Assembly: GCA_025358455.1 (NCBI GenBank)
Contig: JANYJP010000133.1
Coordinates: 10,852 to 74,851 of the forward strand
Reading direction: 5' to 3'
DNA length: 64,000 nucleotides
DNA from: Bacteroidales bacterium
GTDB taxonomy: Bacteria; Bacteroidota; Bacteroidia; Bacteroidales; VadinHA17
Both the position numbers and the translations under genes were made by a program. This document shows, piece after piece, positions 55,597-64,000 of this stretch; positions within the stretch are counted from its first letter, which is position 1, and the number at the start of each line of letters is the position of its first letter. The notes under the pieces were generated by a model. It was not told the DNA's origin. It did no database searches and saw nothing but the letters and a program-made list of their open reading frames with translations.

Positions 55597-56605
55597 CGTG
55601 GCTGAAGATAAGTGTTCCGCATTCAGAACATTTTCCTTGCTTATCCAGGTTTAGTAATTTTGTTTTATATCCCGATCTGATAGTAACCGTGGTACCACAT
55701 TTCGGACAATTTGTATTTTGTCCGGCATCTGAGTGTGTATTACCCATGTATACATAATCGAGTCTCCCCGAAGCTATTTCAAATAGTCTCTCAAGAGTCT
55801 CCTGCTTAGTTGCCGGATCGTCCCTTCGGTACATCGGAAAATACCTGCTTAAATGCAATGGTACGCCTTTTCCCAGTTCGCCGGCTATCCACTCTGCCTG
55901 CTTATCCATTTCCTCCTCACTATCATTTTGTCCTGGTATAATCAGCGAGGTGATTTCCAGATGCTTACCTGATTCTGCAATCTGCTTTAATCCATTCCTG
56001 ACCGGATCCATACTTACTCCGGTTAATTTTCTGTAAGTATCATTATTAAATGCTTTCAGATCAATGTTAAACGCGTCAATGAACTGAATGATTTCATTTA
56101 AAGGTTCATGGTTTACATATCCATTACTGACCATTACATTAAACAATCCTTCATTTTTCGACATTATAGCAGCATCTCTCATAAACTCAAACCATATAAT
56201 TGGTTCGTTGTATGTGAATGCCAGTCCTATATTCCTTTCGGTTTTTAGTGCTGAAGCGACTAATTTTTCAGGTGTCATTTCGTTTTCAATGATTTCAGGA
56301 ACTTTTTGGGATATATTGAAGTTCTGACAAAAATCACACTTCATATTACAGCCATATGATCCCACTGATAAGATATTATGCCCAGGGAAAAAGTGGTAAA
56401 GAGGCTTCTTTTCAACCGGATCCAACGAGTAGCCTGAAATAACTCCATACGTGATTAACTCTATTTTTCCACCCGTATTCTTACGAACGCCGCAAATACC
56501 TGTTTTTCCTTCTGATAATTTGCAGAAGTGGGGGCAGAGCAGACACTCAGTTTTCCCCCCATTAATTCTATATAATGGTGTCATAATTTTATTTTTGATG
56601 TACAA
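55583..56605 (-). CDS. AmmeMemoRadiSam-system-type radical SAM enzyme
   Basis: CNMKCDFCQN radical-SAM cluster motif, an N-terminal CLLCPHFC motif and a C-terminal zinc ribbon (CPKCG...CSECG), as in this subfamily. Confidence 0.7.
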   Translation of the reverse strand: MYIKNKIMTPLYRINGGKTECLLCPHFCKLSEGKTGICGVRKNTGGKIELITYGVISGYSLDPVEKKPLYHFFPGHNILSVGSYGCNMKCDFCQNFNISQKVPEIIENEMTPEKLVASALKTERNIGLAFTYNEPIIWFEFMRDAAIMSKNEGLFNVMVSNGYVNHEPLNEIIQFIDAFNIDLKAFNNDTYRKLTGVSMDPVRNGLKQIAESGKHLEITSLIIPGQNDSEEEMDKQAEWIAGELGKGVPLHLSRYFPMYRRDDPATKQETLERLFEIASGRLDYVYMGNTHSDAGQNTNCPKCGTTVTIRSGYKTKLLNLDKQGKCSECGTLIFSHVTFS

Positions 56606-56824
56606 AATTACAATAAATAATACTTTAAAACAGATATTACAGAGGAACTGGTGTCAGCATTTAACACCTTTATTTTCAGTCTTAATTTGTCAGGTAAATT
56701 CTGGATGATCAGATAATGAACCCTGTCTACACATTTATTATTTCCCGCGGATCTCGCTGATCTTCGCAGATTAATGTATTAACATATGAGCCAATTAAAG
56801 TGAAAATATTAAAATTCTTTCTCA

Positions 56825-57316
56825 CTAAATTTTTTCTTCAATAATTTCGAAAGGAATGTTATTTAATTCTGCAAAACTAATCAGCTCATCCACTATCTTT
56901 TCATTTGTCTCATAATAGAGAGTTCCAAAACGGAGAAGAGTCCTCTTTTTAGATCTAAAATGAAAAATCACACTTAGCGGGAAGAAATCAATCTTTTCAA
57001 TATCTCCCGTCATCAGCTTAACAGGAGGAAGAATAACATTTTTCTTTAAGGCTATGCTCTCACCGGAAATTTCAATAAACCTTGTTGCCTGGCCAGCCCC
57101 TGACCAGATCATATAAATTCCGAATCCGGTAAGGAAAATAACTGTTATCCATGGCGTTTTATCGGATTTTAGTGAATTGGGATTGAAAAATAGCCAGAAA
57201 ATGGCAACTGCTATACAAACAATTCCAAAACATACCTGCAATATTTTTACAGTTCTGTTGTTTTCAACCGCACCAAGTGTAAAATATTTCTTTTCCATTT
57301 CAATTATTTCCGGCAA
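56825..57316 (-). CDS. hypothetical two-TM membrane protein
   Basis: Two hydrophobic helices followed by a ~90-aa soluble domain. No motif recognised. Confidence 0.45.
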   Translation of the reverse strand: MPEIIEMEKKYFTLGAVENNRTVKILQVCFGIVCIAVAIFWLFFNPNSLKSDKTPWITVIFLTGFGIYMIWSGAGQATRFIEISGESIALKKNVILPPVKLMTGDIEKIDFFPLSVIFHFRSKKRTLLRFGTLYYETNEKIVDELISFAELNNIPFEIIEEKI

Positions 57317-57443
57317 TTTATCTCATTTTCATTAGAATCCAAAAACCATTTCTTTATTAAGTTAAAATATAATTGTTTCATTATATTTCAGATAAATATT
57401 ATTTAACTTTAATGCGAAATAATACCAAACTATAGTTTATAAA

Positions 57444-57680
57444 ATGAGTTCCTGTGTTAACAAGAACATCGAAGTAGCCTGCCTTGCAAAGCTCAATATT
57501 AAGAATTTCAGGAAAGTAGCCCTGATTGATTCATCAAAATTCCGTACTATGGGTATTACAACAATTACTGTACTTAGGGAAACTGATACTTTAATTACTG
57601 ACCGTGGAATTTTTCACGGGATTATTAATGAGACCAGAAGTCCGGGAGCCGATGTTCCTGTTGTGAATTGGACTTATTAA
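57444..57680 (+). pseudogene. 5'-truncated DeoR-family regulator (C-terminal effector-domain fragment only)
   Basis: VALIDSSKFRTMGITTITVLRETDTLITDRG matches the C-terminal end of DeoR/GlpR sugar-binding domains. There is no HTH and no remainder upstream. Confidence 0.5.
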
Positions 57681-57697
57681 TTCATTATAAATAATTT

Positions 57698-58960
57698 ATG
57701 AAACGAAACTACTATATCGTTATACTCATTTTTCTGATATTCTTTGCCATTTCTTTTTTAACGAATATTCTGGGCTCAATCAATCCAAATGTCAGTGATA
57801 GTTTTGCTTTGAACGGAACCATGACCGGTCTGCTTCCATTTTCATTTTTTATTGCATATGCCTTAATGTCAATTCCTTCCGGAATGATTGTTCAGAAATA
57901 TGATGAGAAAAAAAGCTTGGTTTTTGCCTGGATACTTGCTTTTTCCGGAGCGCTCTTGTTTTCACTCTTTCCTTCCTTCCCAATATTCCTGTGTTCTCTG
58001 TTTCTGATTGGTTGCGGAATGGCTCTCTTACAGGTTGCATTGTTCCCATTGCTCAGAGTAACAGGAGGTGAGGAACACTTTGCGTTTAACAATCTCATTA
58101 TTCAGCTTGTTTTCGGAATTGCTTCATTCCTGAGCCCTTTTGTGTATTCCTATCTTGTTTCTAATCTCAGTAATCAACAGATCAATAGTGGACCATTTAT
58201 CAATATCATGTCATTTCTGACGCCTGATAAATTGCCATGGGTTTCAATATACTGGATTTTTGCTTTCATAAGTTTTCTGATGGTGTTAGTAATTTTGTCA
58301 GTGCGTTTTCCGAAGGTTATTAGAAAAGAAGATGAAATTGTAGGAGCATGGGAAACTCATGTTGAACTGTTCAGACAAAAGACTGTTATACTTTATTTTC
58401 TGGGGATATTTGCATATGTAGGCATGGAACAGGGAATTGCAAATTGGATTTCAGAGTTCTTGCGTACATACCATGGTTTTAAACCGGAAGCAGAAGGAGC
58501 TGCAACAGTCGGCTTATTCTGGGGTATGATGACGATCGGTTGTATTCTCGGGTTGGTATTACTAAAAATTATTGATAGTAAAATTGTGTTACGCATTTTT
58601 GCTGCAGCCTCATTTATTGTCCTGACATTCACACTTTTCGGAAGTGCAAAAATCGCATTGATTGGTTTTCCGGCTCTCGGTTTTTGCCTGTCGGTAATGT
58701 ATGGCATCATATTTTCACTTGCTCTTAACAGCATTTCACGATTCCATGGATCGTTTGCGGGAATCCTGTGCACTGCGATTGCCGGTGGAGCAATCTTCTC
58801 CTTACTTATAGGAAAGATGAAAGATCTCATCGGATTACAGGCGGGGATGATGATTTTGTATTTACCTTTGATCTATATTCTGAGTTTAAGTTTCTGGGCA
58901 AAACCAATTGTCAGAAACGCTGTTATAAAAAGAAAAAATCAATTAAACATCAAAAATTAA
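57698..58960 (+). CDS. sugar MFS transporter (FucP / glucose-galactose-type)
   Basis: 12-TM MFS, with N-terminal region typical of the FucP-like subfamily. Confidence 0.75.
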   Translation: MKRNYYIVILIFLIFFAISFLTNILGSINPNVSDSFALNGTMTGLLPFSFFIAYALMSIPSGMIVQKYDEKKSLVFAWILAFSGALLFSLFPSFPIFLCSLFLIGCGMALLQVALFPLLRVTGGEEHFAFNNLIIQLVFGIASFLSPFVYSYLVSNLSNQQINSGPFINIMSFLTPDKLPWVSIYWIFAFISFLMVLVILSVRFPKVIRKEDEIVGAWETHVELFRQKTVILYFLGIFAYVGMEQGIANWISEFLRTYHGFKPEAEGAATVGLFWGMMTIGCILGLVLLKIIDSKIVLRIFAAASFIVLTFTLFGSAKIALIGFPALGFCLSVMYGIIFSLALNSISRFHGSFAGILCTAIAGGAIFSLLIGKMKDLIGLQAGMMILYLPLIYILSLSFWAKPIVRNAVIKRKNQLNIKN

Positions 58961-58965
58961 ATGCT

Positions 58966-59700
58966 ATGAAACAAAAATCAAATCGTTGGCTGGAAATTTA
59001 CAAAAAGATATTTTCAGCAAAAACTGTAATGTCAGTAATAACTGCTTGTATACTGCTGATACTGAGCTCAGGTATCTCCTCGAACGGACAGGATAAGAGC
59101 GAATGGAGGCAACTTTTCAATGGGAAGGACCTTACGGGATGGAAACAGGTAGGACCCGGAAGTCATTATGTTGAAAATGGTTTAGTAAAATCAAAAGGCG
59201 GAATGGGACTTTTGGTATGGCAGGGAGAAAAATTCCAGAATTGTATAATCAGGGTCGTATTTGCAATGCGTGACTCAAATAGTAATTCAGGTGTTTTCAT
59301 ACGTATCCCGACCATGCCGACAGAAGAATGGATGCCAGTAAATAAAGGCTATGAAGTTCAGATTGATAATGCTCCTGAAAAATCGGGTGAAGATGATTAT
59401 CATTATACCGGCATGTTGTACTCACTTACAAAACCTCTGGCAAAAACAGGTAAACCCGGCCCCCAATGGAACACAATGGAAATTACTCTTGATGGACCAC
59501 GGACAATTGTTTTCCTCAATGGAGTTAAAGTAACAGATTTTAAGGAGGGTGATCCGGTACCTGCAAAGAAGTTTGACTTCGAACCTGAACGCGGACCTCG
59601 TCCCGAATCAGGCTTTATGGGTATTCAGAACCATAGCGATACAGATGTAGTCTTTTTTAAAGAAGTTTCTGTTAAACCTTTGATGAAGTCAACGAAATAA
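58966..59700 (+). CDS. DUF1080 (3-keto-disaccharide hydrolase-like) domain protein
   Basis: From the ATG at 58966: signal anchor, then WRQLFNGKDLTGWK...GVFIR...YEVQIDN...GIQNH..., the characteristic DUF1080 pattern. Confidence 0.75.
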   Translation: MKQKSNRWLEIYKKIFSAKTVMSVITACILLILSSGISSNGQDKSEWRQLFNGKDLTGWKQVGPGSHYVENGLVKSKGGMGLLVWQGEKFQNCIIRVVFAMRDSNSNSGVFIRIPTMPTEEWMPVNKGYEVQIDNAPEKSGEDDYHYTGMLYSLTKPLAKTGKPGPQWNTMEITLDGPRTIVFLNGVKVTDFKEGDPVPAKKFDFEPERGPRPESGFMGIQNHSDTDVVFFKEVSVKPLMKSTK

Positions 59701-59747
59701 TTTTCAGAATACGTTAGCTGATTTTTTAACTTATTAAAATTATAGCA

Positions 59748-61268
59748 ATGAATTATAAATCCAGGATATCCAAAGGGATTTCCAGACGGAATTTTGTTAA
59801 GACGGCTGCCACAGGGGCAGTCGGTTTAACAATTCTTCCTAATTTCACGGTAAGCGGACTGGGTCATGTTGCTCCAAGCGATAAATTGCTTATTGCTGCT
59901 GTAGGATGTGGAGGCGAAGCGGCTGATGACATTCGTCATTATGCAATTGCTCCGAAGAAAAATGCGGAAATAGCCTTTTTGTGCGATGTTGACGACAGAC
60001 CGGCAGCATCTAAAAGAAAAGAATTTCCAAAAGCAAAATTCTATTATGACTGGCGTGAGATGTTTGATAAGGAAAGCAAAAACTTTGATGCTGTGTCAGT
60101 TGCAATTCCCGATCACAATCATGCACTGGTTGGCCTTAGTGCAATGCAGCTTCATAAACACCTGTATCTGCAAAAACCTTTGACACATGATATCTACGAA
60201 GCCCGTATTCTTACTCAGGCATCTGAAAAATATAAAGTAGTCACTCAGATGGGTGATCAGGGTGCTTCATGCGATGGAATGCGTACTTTGAGGGAATGGA
60301 TTGAAGCCGATATCCTGGGTGACATTCAGAAAGTCTTTTGCTGGACTGACCGGCCTGTGTGGCCACAGGGAATCGCGTGGCCAAAGGTACATCCTCCGGT
60401 ACCAAAGGAACTTAAGTGGGATCTCTGGCTGGGAACAGCTGAAGAAACAGAATATATCGATAATATGGTTCCTTTCAACTGGAGGGGCTGGTGGCGTTTT
60501 GGTACTGGTGCATTGGGTGACATGGGTTGCCACATTATGGGCCCGCCATTCAAATTGCTGAATCTTGGATACCCCACAGATGTGTCGTGTAGTGCAAGTA
60601 CTGTTTATAGCGGTATTTTTATCGAAGGACTTTACCCTGAAAGCGGACCTGTATCTAGTTCAGTACGGTTCAAATACAAGCTTAAAAATGGCAAAGATCT
60701 TGACCTTTACTGGATGGATGGGGGAATAACTCCTGAACGCCCATATGAGATTGATCCTGATGTGAATATGAATGAAATAATGTGCGATTACCCGTTGGGA
60801 CTGAATGATTACGAGGGAGGAACATTATTCATTGGAACTAAAGGAAAAGCAGCGTGTGGATGGGGTGGACGTAATCCAGTTCTTTTACCGCTATCCAGAA
60901 ACAAAGATGTTTCTGTTCCAAAAAAATATCCGCGTGTTGTAGGCGATATGGATGGCCATTGGTGGCAATGGATAGATGCCTGTATTGCTGGTTATGGAAA
61001 TGCAGAAGTTGATTCACCCTTCGTAGGATATGCAGGACCTCTGACAGAGACTGTACTGATGGGTAATTTGCTGTTAAGGAGCTTCAATATCCGTGAAAAA
61101 ATAAGCAGAACTGACCCTGTTTACGGGAAGATGGAAGGATTTAATTTTCCCGGTAGGTATATCAATTACAAATGGGATGGACCTAACATGAGAATAACAA
61201 ATTTCGAACAGGCCAATCAGTTTGTAAAAAGAGAGTACAGAAAAGGCTGGGGAGAGCTGAAACTTTGA
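59748..61268 (+). CDS. TAT-exported Gfo/Idh/MocA family oxidoreductase
   Basis: Twin-arginine signal (SRRNFVKTAATGAVG) and a Rossmann-type N-terminus (LLIAAVGCGGEAADD). Confidence 0.8.
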   Translation: MNYKSRISKGISRRNFVKTAATGAVGLTILPNFTVSGLGHVAPSDKLLIAAVGCGGEAADDIRHYAIAPKKNAEIAFLCDVDDRPAASKRKEFPKAKFYYDWREMFDKESKNFDAVSVAIPDHNHALVGLSAMQLHKHLYLQKPLTHDIYEARILTQASEKYKVVTQMGDQGASCDGMRTLREWIEADILGDIQKVFCWTDRPVWPQGIAWPKVHPPVPKELKWDLWLGTAEETEYIDNMVPFNWRGWWRFGTGALGDMGCHIMGPPFKLLNLGYPTDVSCSASTVYSGIFIEGLYPESGPVSSSVRFKYKLKNGKDLDLYWMDGGITPERPYEIDPDVNMNEIMCDYPLGLNDYEGGTLFIGTKGKAACGWGGRNPVLLPLSRNKDVSVPKKYPRVVGDMDGHWWQWIDACIAGYGNAEVDSPFVGYAGPLTETVLMGNLLLRSFNIREKISRTDPVYGKMEGFNFPGRYINYKWDGPNMRITNFEQANQFVKREYRKGWGELKL

Positions 61269-61337
61269 TTTACAACACCGGATTATAGACAAAAGTGAAA
61301 ACCAAAATATTAATTAAATTGCAGGTAAAAGAGTGGG

Positions 61338-61637
61338 GGATTCCTCGCTGGCGCCGCTAATGACAATATTTCATAAATCAAACATTATATGATACTTGCA
61401 TAATTAACATAATACTTGGTATTCAAATTTGTCTATGGACTCGGGATGACAACATTTTATAAATCACTGATTATATAAAACATGAATGTTCTTTGAATGT
61501 CTGTTTTGGATAGTACTGTAATAAGATAATGAGATCCCTCGCTGGCGCTGTCATCCCGAGCTCCCGCGAGGGATCTCCACTAGTCGTTACAGGTCTTTGC
61601 AAATAATGTCATTTTGTTTGGGGTACATATTTTTATA
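61338..61637. repeat. second cluster of the GC-rich palindromic repeat family
   Basis: Repeat units lie at 61338-61366 and 61440-61452. A compact hairpin gagatccctcgc...gcgagggatctc spans 61531-61578. Its tail to 61637 is about 85-90% identical by eye to 35551-35640. Confidence 0.7.
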
Positions 61638-61725
61638 TCGAGGAATCTCCCTCTAATAACAAGAAGAATAAATGATTTCATTTAACTTAGATCTGCTAAT
61701 AGATAAACCGGATAAAGATTCAGTT

Positions 61726-61917
61726 ATGAGAATAAAATTGTACTATGTCTATATTTTGACGAACGCCAATAATAGAGTCCTATACACAGGTGTAACAAAT
61801 GATTTAGATAGAAGGTGTTATGAGCATAAACACTTATCGTATCGAGGAATCTCCTCTTCTATATCTGATTATGTAATATATTTTAAGCCATCAAAAAATG
61901 AAACAAATAATCTATAA
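61726..61917 (+). pseudogene. truncated GIY-YIG nuclease (URI-type) gene
   Basis: MRIKLYYVYILTNANNRVLYTGVTNDLDRRCYEHKH is the N-terminal half of the small GIY-YIG family. Similarity stops at ~61833. The remainder reads through repeat-like sequence and overlaps the next gene. Confidence 0.6.
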
Positions 61918-62620
61918 TGACTATACCGAATTATCGGTTAAAACTGCAGAACAGATTGCCGCGATAGTTTCGGAAAAACCAGATGCTCTACTCTGTTTTC
62001 CTGCAGGAGAAACATCAGTCGGAACTTTTAAACAACTTATTGAACTTAATAAAAAAGGGAAAATCAGTTTTAAGAAGTGTAAAATTGTCGGATTGGATGA
62101 ATGGGCAAACATTGGAGAGATGAAAAAGGAAAACTGTTTCTCTTTTCTGAAGAAACATCTGTTTGATCATATTGATTATACTGAAAAGAATCTCTGCTTC
62201 TTCAATGGTGAATCATCTGATCTGGCAGAAGAATGTAAAAAGACTGACAATTTTATTAAAAAACATGGTCCGATTGATATGATCCTGCTTGGCGCAGGTA
62301 TGAATGGTCACCTTGGATTAAATGAACCTGGTACATCCTTCGATTTGTATTCACATGTTGTAAATCTTGATGAAACTACTAAAACTGTAGGCCAGAAATA
62401 CTTCTCATCTAAAGTAATCCTGACCAAAGGAATTTCTTTGGGAGTGAAATATTTTATGGAGGCTAAAACAGCTATTTTACAACTGAATGGTACCAGAAAA
62501 GCAGAGCTTGTCAAACGATTGATAGATAGTAAGATATCTCCTGCCTTTCCAGCCTCTGCTTTAAAAGCTCACATAAATTCTTTTCTGCTTCTTGATAAGG
62601 AAGCTGCTAAGTATCTCTAA
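61898..62620 (+). CDS. glucosamine-6-phosphate deaminase / 6-phosphogluconolactonase family protein (NagB-like)
   Basis: GLDEW and LLGAGMNGHLGLNEP motifs. Confidence 0.75.
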   Translation: MKQIIYNDYTELSVKTAEQIAAIVSEKPDALLCFPAGETSVGTFKQLIELNKKGKISFKKCKIVGLDEWANIGEMKKENCFSFLKKHLFDHIDYTEKNLCFFNGESSDLAEECKKTDNFIKKHGPIDMILLGAGMNGHLGLNEPGTSFDLYSHVVNLDETTKTVGQKYFSSKVILTKGISLGVKYFMEAKTAILQLNGTRKAELVKRLIDSKISPAFPASALKAHINSFLLLDKEAAKYL

Positions 62621-62624
62621 AAGC

Positions 62625-63755
62625 GTGATTGTGGATAAAAAAATATCAGATGCTATTCCTGCGATTGTATCTAAACTTAGCCGCACTAATGTTACCGCCG
62701 GAACAGCTTTCCTGGGTTTTGATGCCTGTATCGACAACATAGTTCGTATTGTACGGGATAAGAAAGATATTGATGAAACAGAATATTTTTCTGATAGCAG
62801 CCAGTTGGGCGATTTTCTTCTAAATCTTAATAATAAAAGTTGCGGAATTGAACTGCAGACTAAATTATCTAAGATAGGTGGTAATATGGTGATTATGGGG
62901 AATGCGCTTGGCAATCTGGGCATTCAGGTTGAATGCATGGGCACTTTTGGCTTTCCTGAAATACTGCCGGTTTTCCATACAATGTCATCAAATTGTTCAC
63001 TTCATACAATAGCGGATACAATAACAGCCACTGCTCTTGAATTTTCCAACTCAAAAGTTATAATGTTTGATCCCGGGCCCTATAATAATCTGACCTGGGA
63101 AGGGATTAAAGATCTAATTGGTAAAGACCAGATCAGGGAGATGCTTTCAGGTAAACAATTGATCTCATTTGTTAACTGGAGTGAGATTGAGAATTCTTCG
63201 CAAATCTGGAAAGGATTTCTGGATGATATTTTACCTGATATTAAAAATACTGAACCAAAACCCTTTTTCTTCACTGATTTTTCCGATTGTTCCCGGAAGT
63301 CAGAGGAAGAAATAAAAAATGCAATATATCTCCTGGGAAGATTCAGAAATTATTTCAAAGTATCTCTGAGTCTGAACCAGAATGAAGCGGCTCTTATTGC
63401 CAGAGCTCTGGAACTTAATGAGAATGTGTCAGATGAAGAGTTTGTAAAATCATTATTCGCGAAATGCAATACTGATACATTGGTTATTCACCGGGTAAAT
63501 GATGCTCTTGCATACAATGGAGAAACTTTTGAAAAATGTGACACTTTTTTCTGCAGGGAACCAAAAATACTTACCGGGGGAGGCGATAACTTCAATGCAG
63601 GATATTGTTATACACTATTTGAGGATTTTAACCTATTTGAATCATTGGTAGTTGCAAATGCTGTTTCAGGAGCTTATGTTAAAACAGGAATAAGCCCGGA
63701 TGTCAGTACCCTTATTGAATTTTTGCAACATTTTCAGGTTAAAAGACAACATTAG
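62625..63755 (+). CDS. PfkB-like carbohydrate kinase
   Basis: NxxE motif (LNQNEAALIA) and a C-terminal anion-hole motif (TGGGDNFNAGY). The start was chosen at the GTG 62625 just after the upstream stop; the track TTG at 62592 would overlap. Confidence 0.6.
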   Translation: MIVDKKISDAIPAIVSKLSRTNVTAGTAFLGFDACIDNIVRIVRDKKDIDETEYFSDSSQLGDFLLNLNNKSCGIELQTKLSKIGGNMVIMGNALGNLGIQVECMGTFGFPEILPVFHTMSSNCSLHTIADTITATALEFSNSKVIMFDPGPYNNLTWEGIKDLIGKDQIREMLSGKQLISFVNWSEIENSSQIWKGFLDDILPDIKNTEPKPFFFTDFSDCSRKSEEEIKNAIYLLGRFRNYFKVSLSLNQNEAALIARALELNENVSDEEFVKSLFAKCNTDTLVIHRVNDALAYNGETFEKCDTFFCREPKILTGGGDNFNAGYCYTLFEDFNLFESLVVANAVSGAYVKTGISPDVSTLIEFLQHFQVKRQH

Positions 63756-63767
63756 CACCAAAAAAAA

Positions 63768-64000
63768 GTGAGCAAAGCTGGTATGGTTACGGTTATCGAT
63801 TATTGTGGTGAGATTGAATTTTATAATAATTCAATAAAGTATCTACATACAGAAGAGGTAACCGAACAGTTGGAGCATAAACCCGGAGAGATCTATGTAA
63901 GACGGATCATCCGCCCGAAATACGCTCCTGAAGAAGGGTCTCTAAGAATGCATCTTTATCAGTTAAATTATCCACAGTTTTACCAGCGTTTTTGTCTGTG
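63768..64000 (+). mobile_element. degenerate IS66-family transposase fragment, runs off window
   Basis: The open frame reads ...DYCGEIEFYNNSIKYLHTEEVTEQLEHKPGEIYVRRIIRPKYAPEEGS... It resembles the IS66 Zn-finger/TE.L...P....V....RPKYAC region. It lacks the first Cys pair and diverges afterwards. Confidence 0.4.

Overview
This is a 64-kb low-GC chromosomal segment with about 55 genes. The gene families point to a Bacteroidota genome, which is an inference. They include TAT-signal Gfo/Idh/MocA plus DUF1080 pairs, CarboxypepD_reg proteins, small OM barrels, DPP-III and DPP-IV peptidases, and GC-rich palindromic intergenic repeats. Most of the window is ordinary housekeeping: iorAB, ssb, mltG, murB, ggt, peptidases, a PiT phosphate transporter, a full kdpFABC-kdpDE locus next to a KimA-like permease, and a sugar-oxidation/amino-sugar cluster. 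The stand-out is a 14.5-kb block (20768-35226) of eleven complex-I / formate-hydrogenlyase-type genes. They form two divergent operons, F-E-C-B on the minus strand and B-B-C-E-F-L-S on the plus strand. The 'large subunit' has lost all four [NiFe] cysteine ligands. The 'small subunit' is a HycF-HycG-like fusion that has lost the proximal-cluster ligands and keeps exactly one ferredoxin-type cluster ligand set. All five antiporter-like subunits still carry their ion-translocation residues. The minus-strand copy is a membrane-only module with no peripheral partner. This fits the uncharacterised 'Ehr' (energy-converting-hydrogenase-related) class, here in a duplicated, divergent architecture of unknown function. 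The locus is bracketed by decayed genes and a dispersed GC-rich palindromic repeat family linked to a decayed GIY-YIG gene. I saw no rRNA, tRNA or CRISPR array. All calls rest on reading the translations and sequence by eye; no database searches were run.
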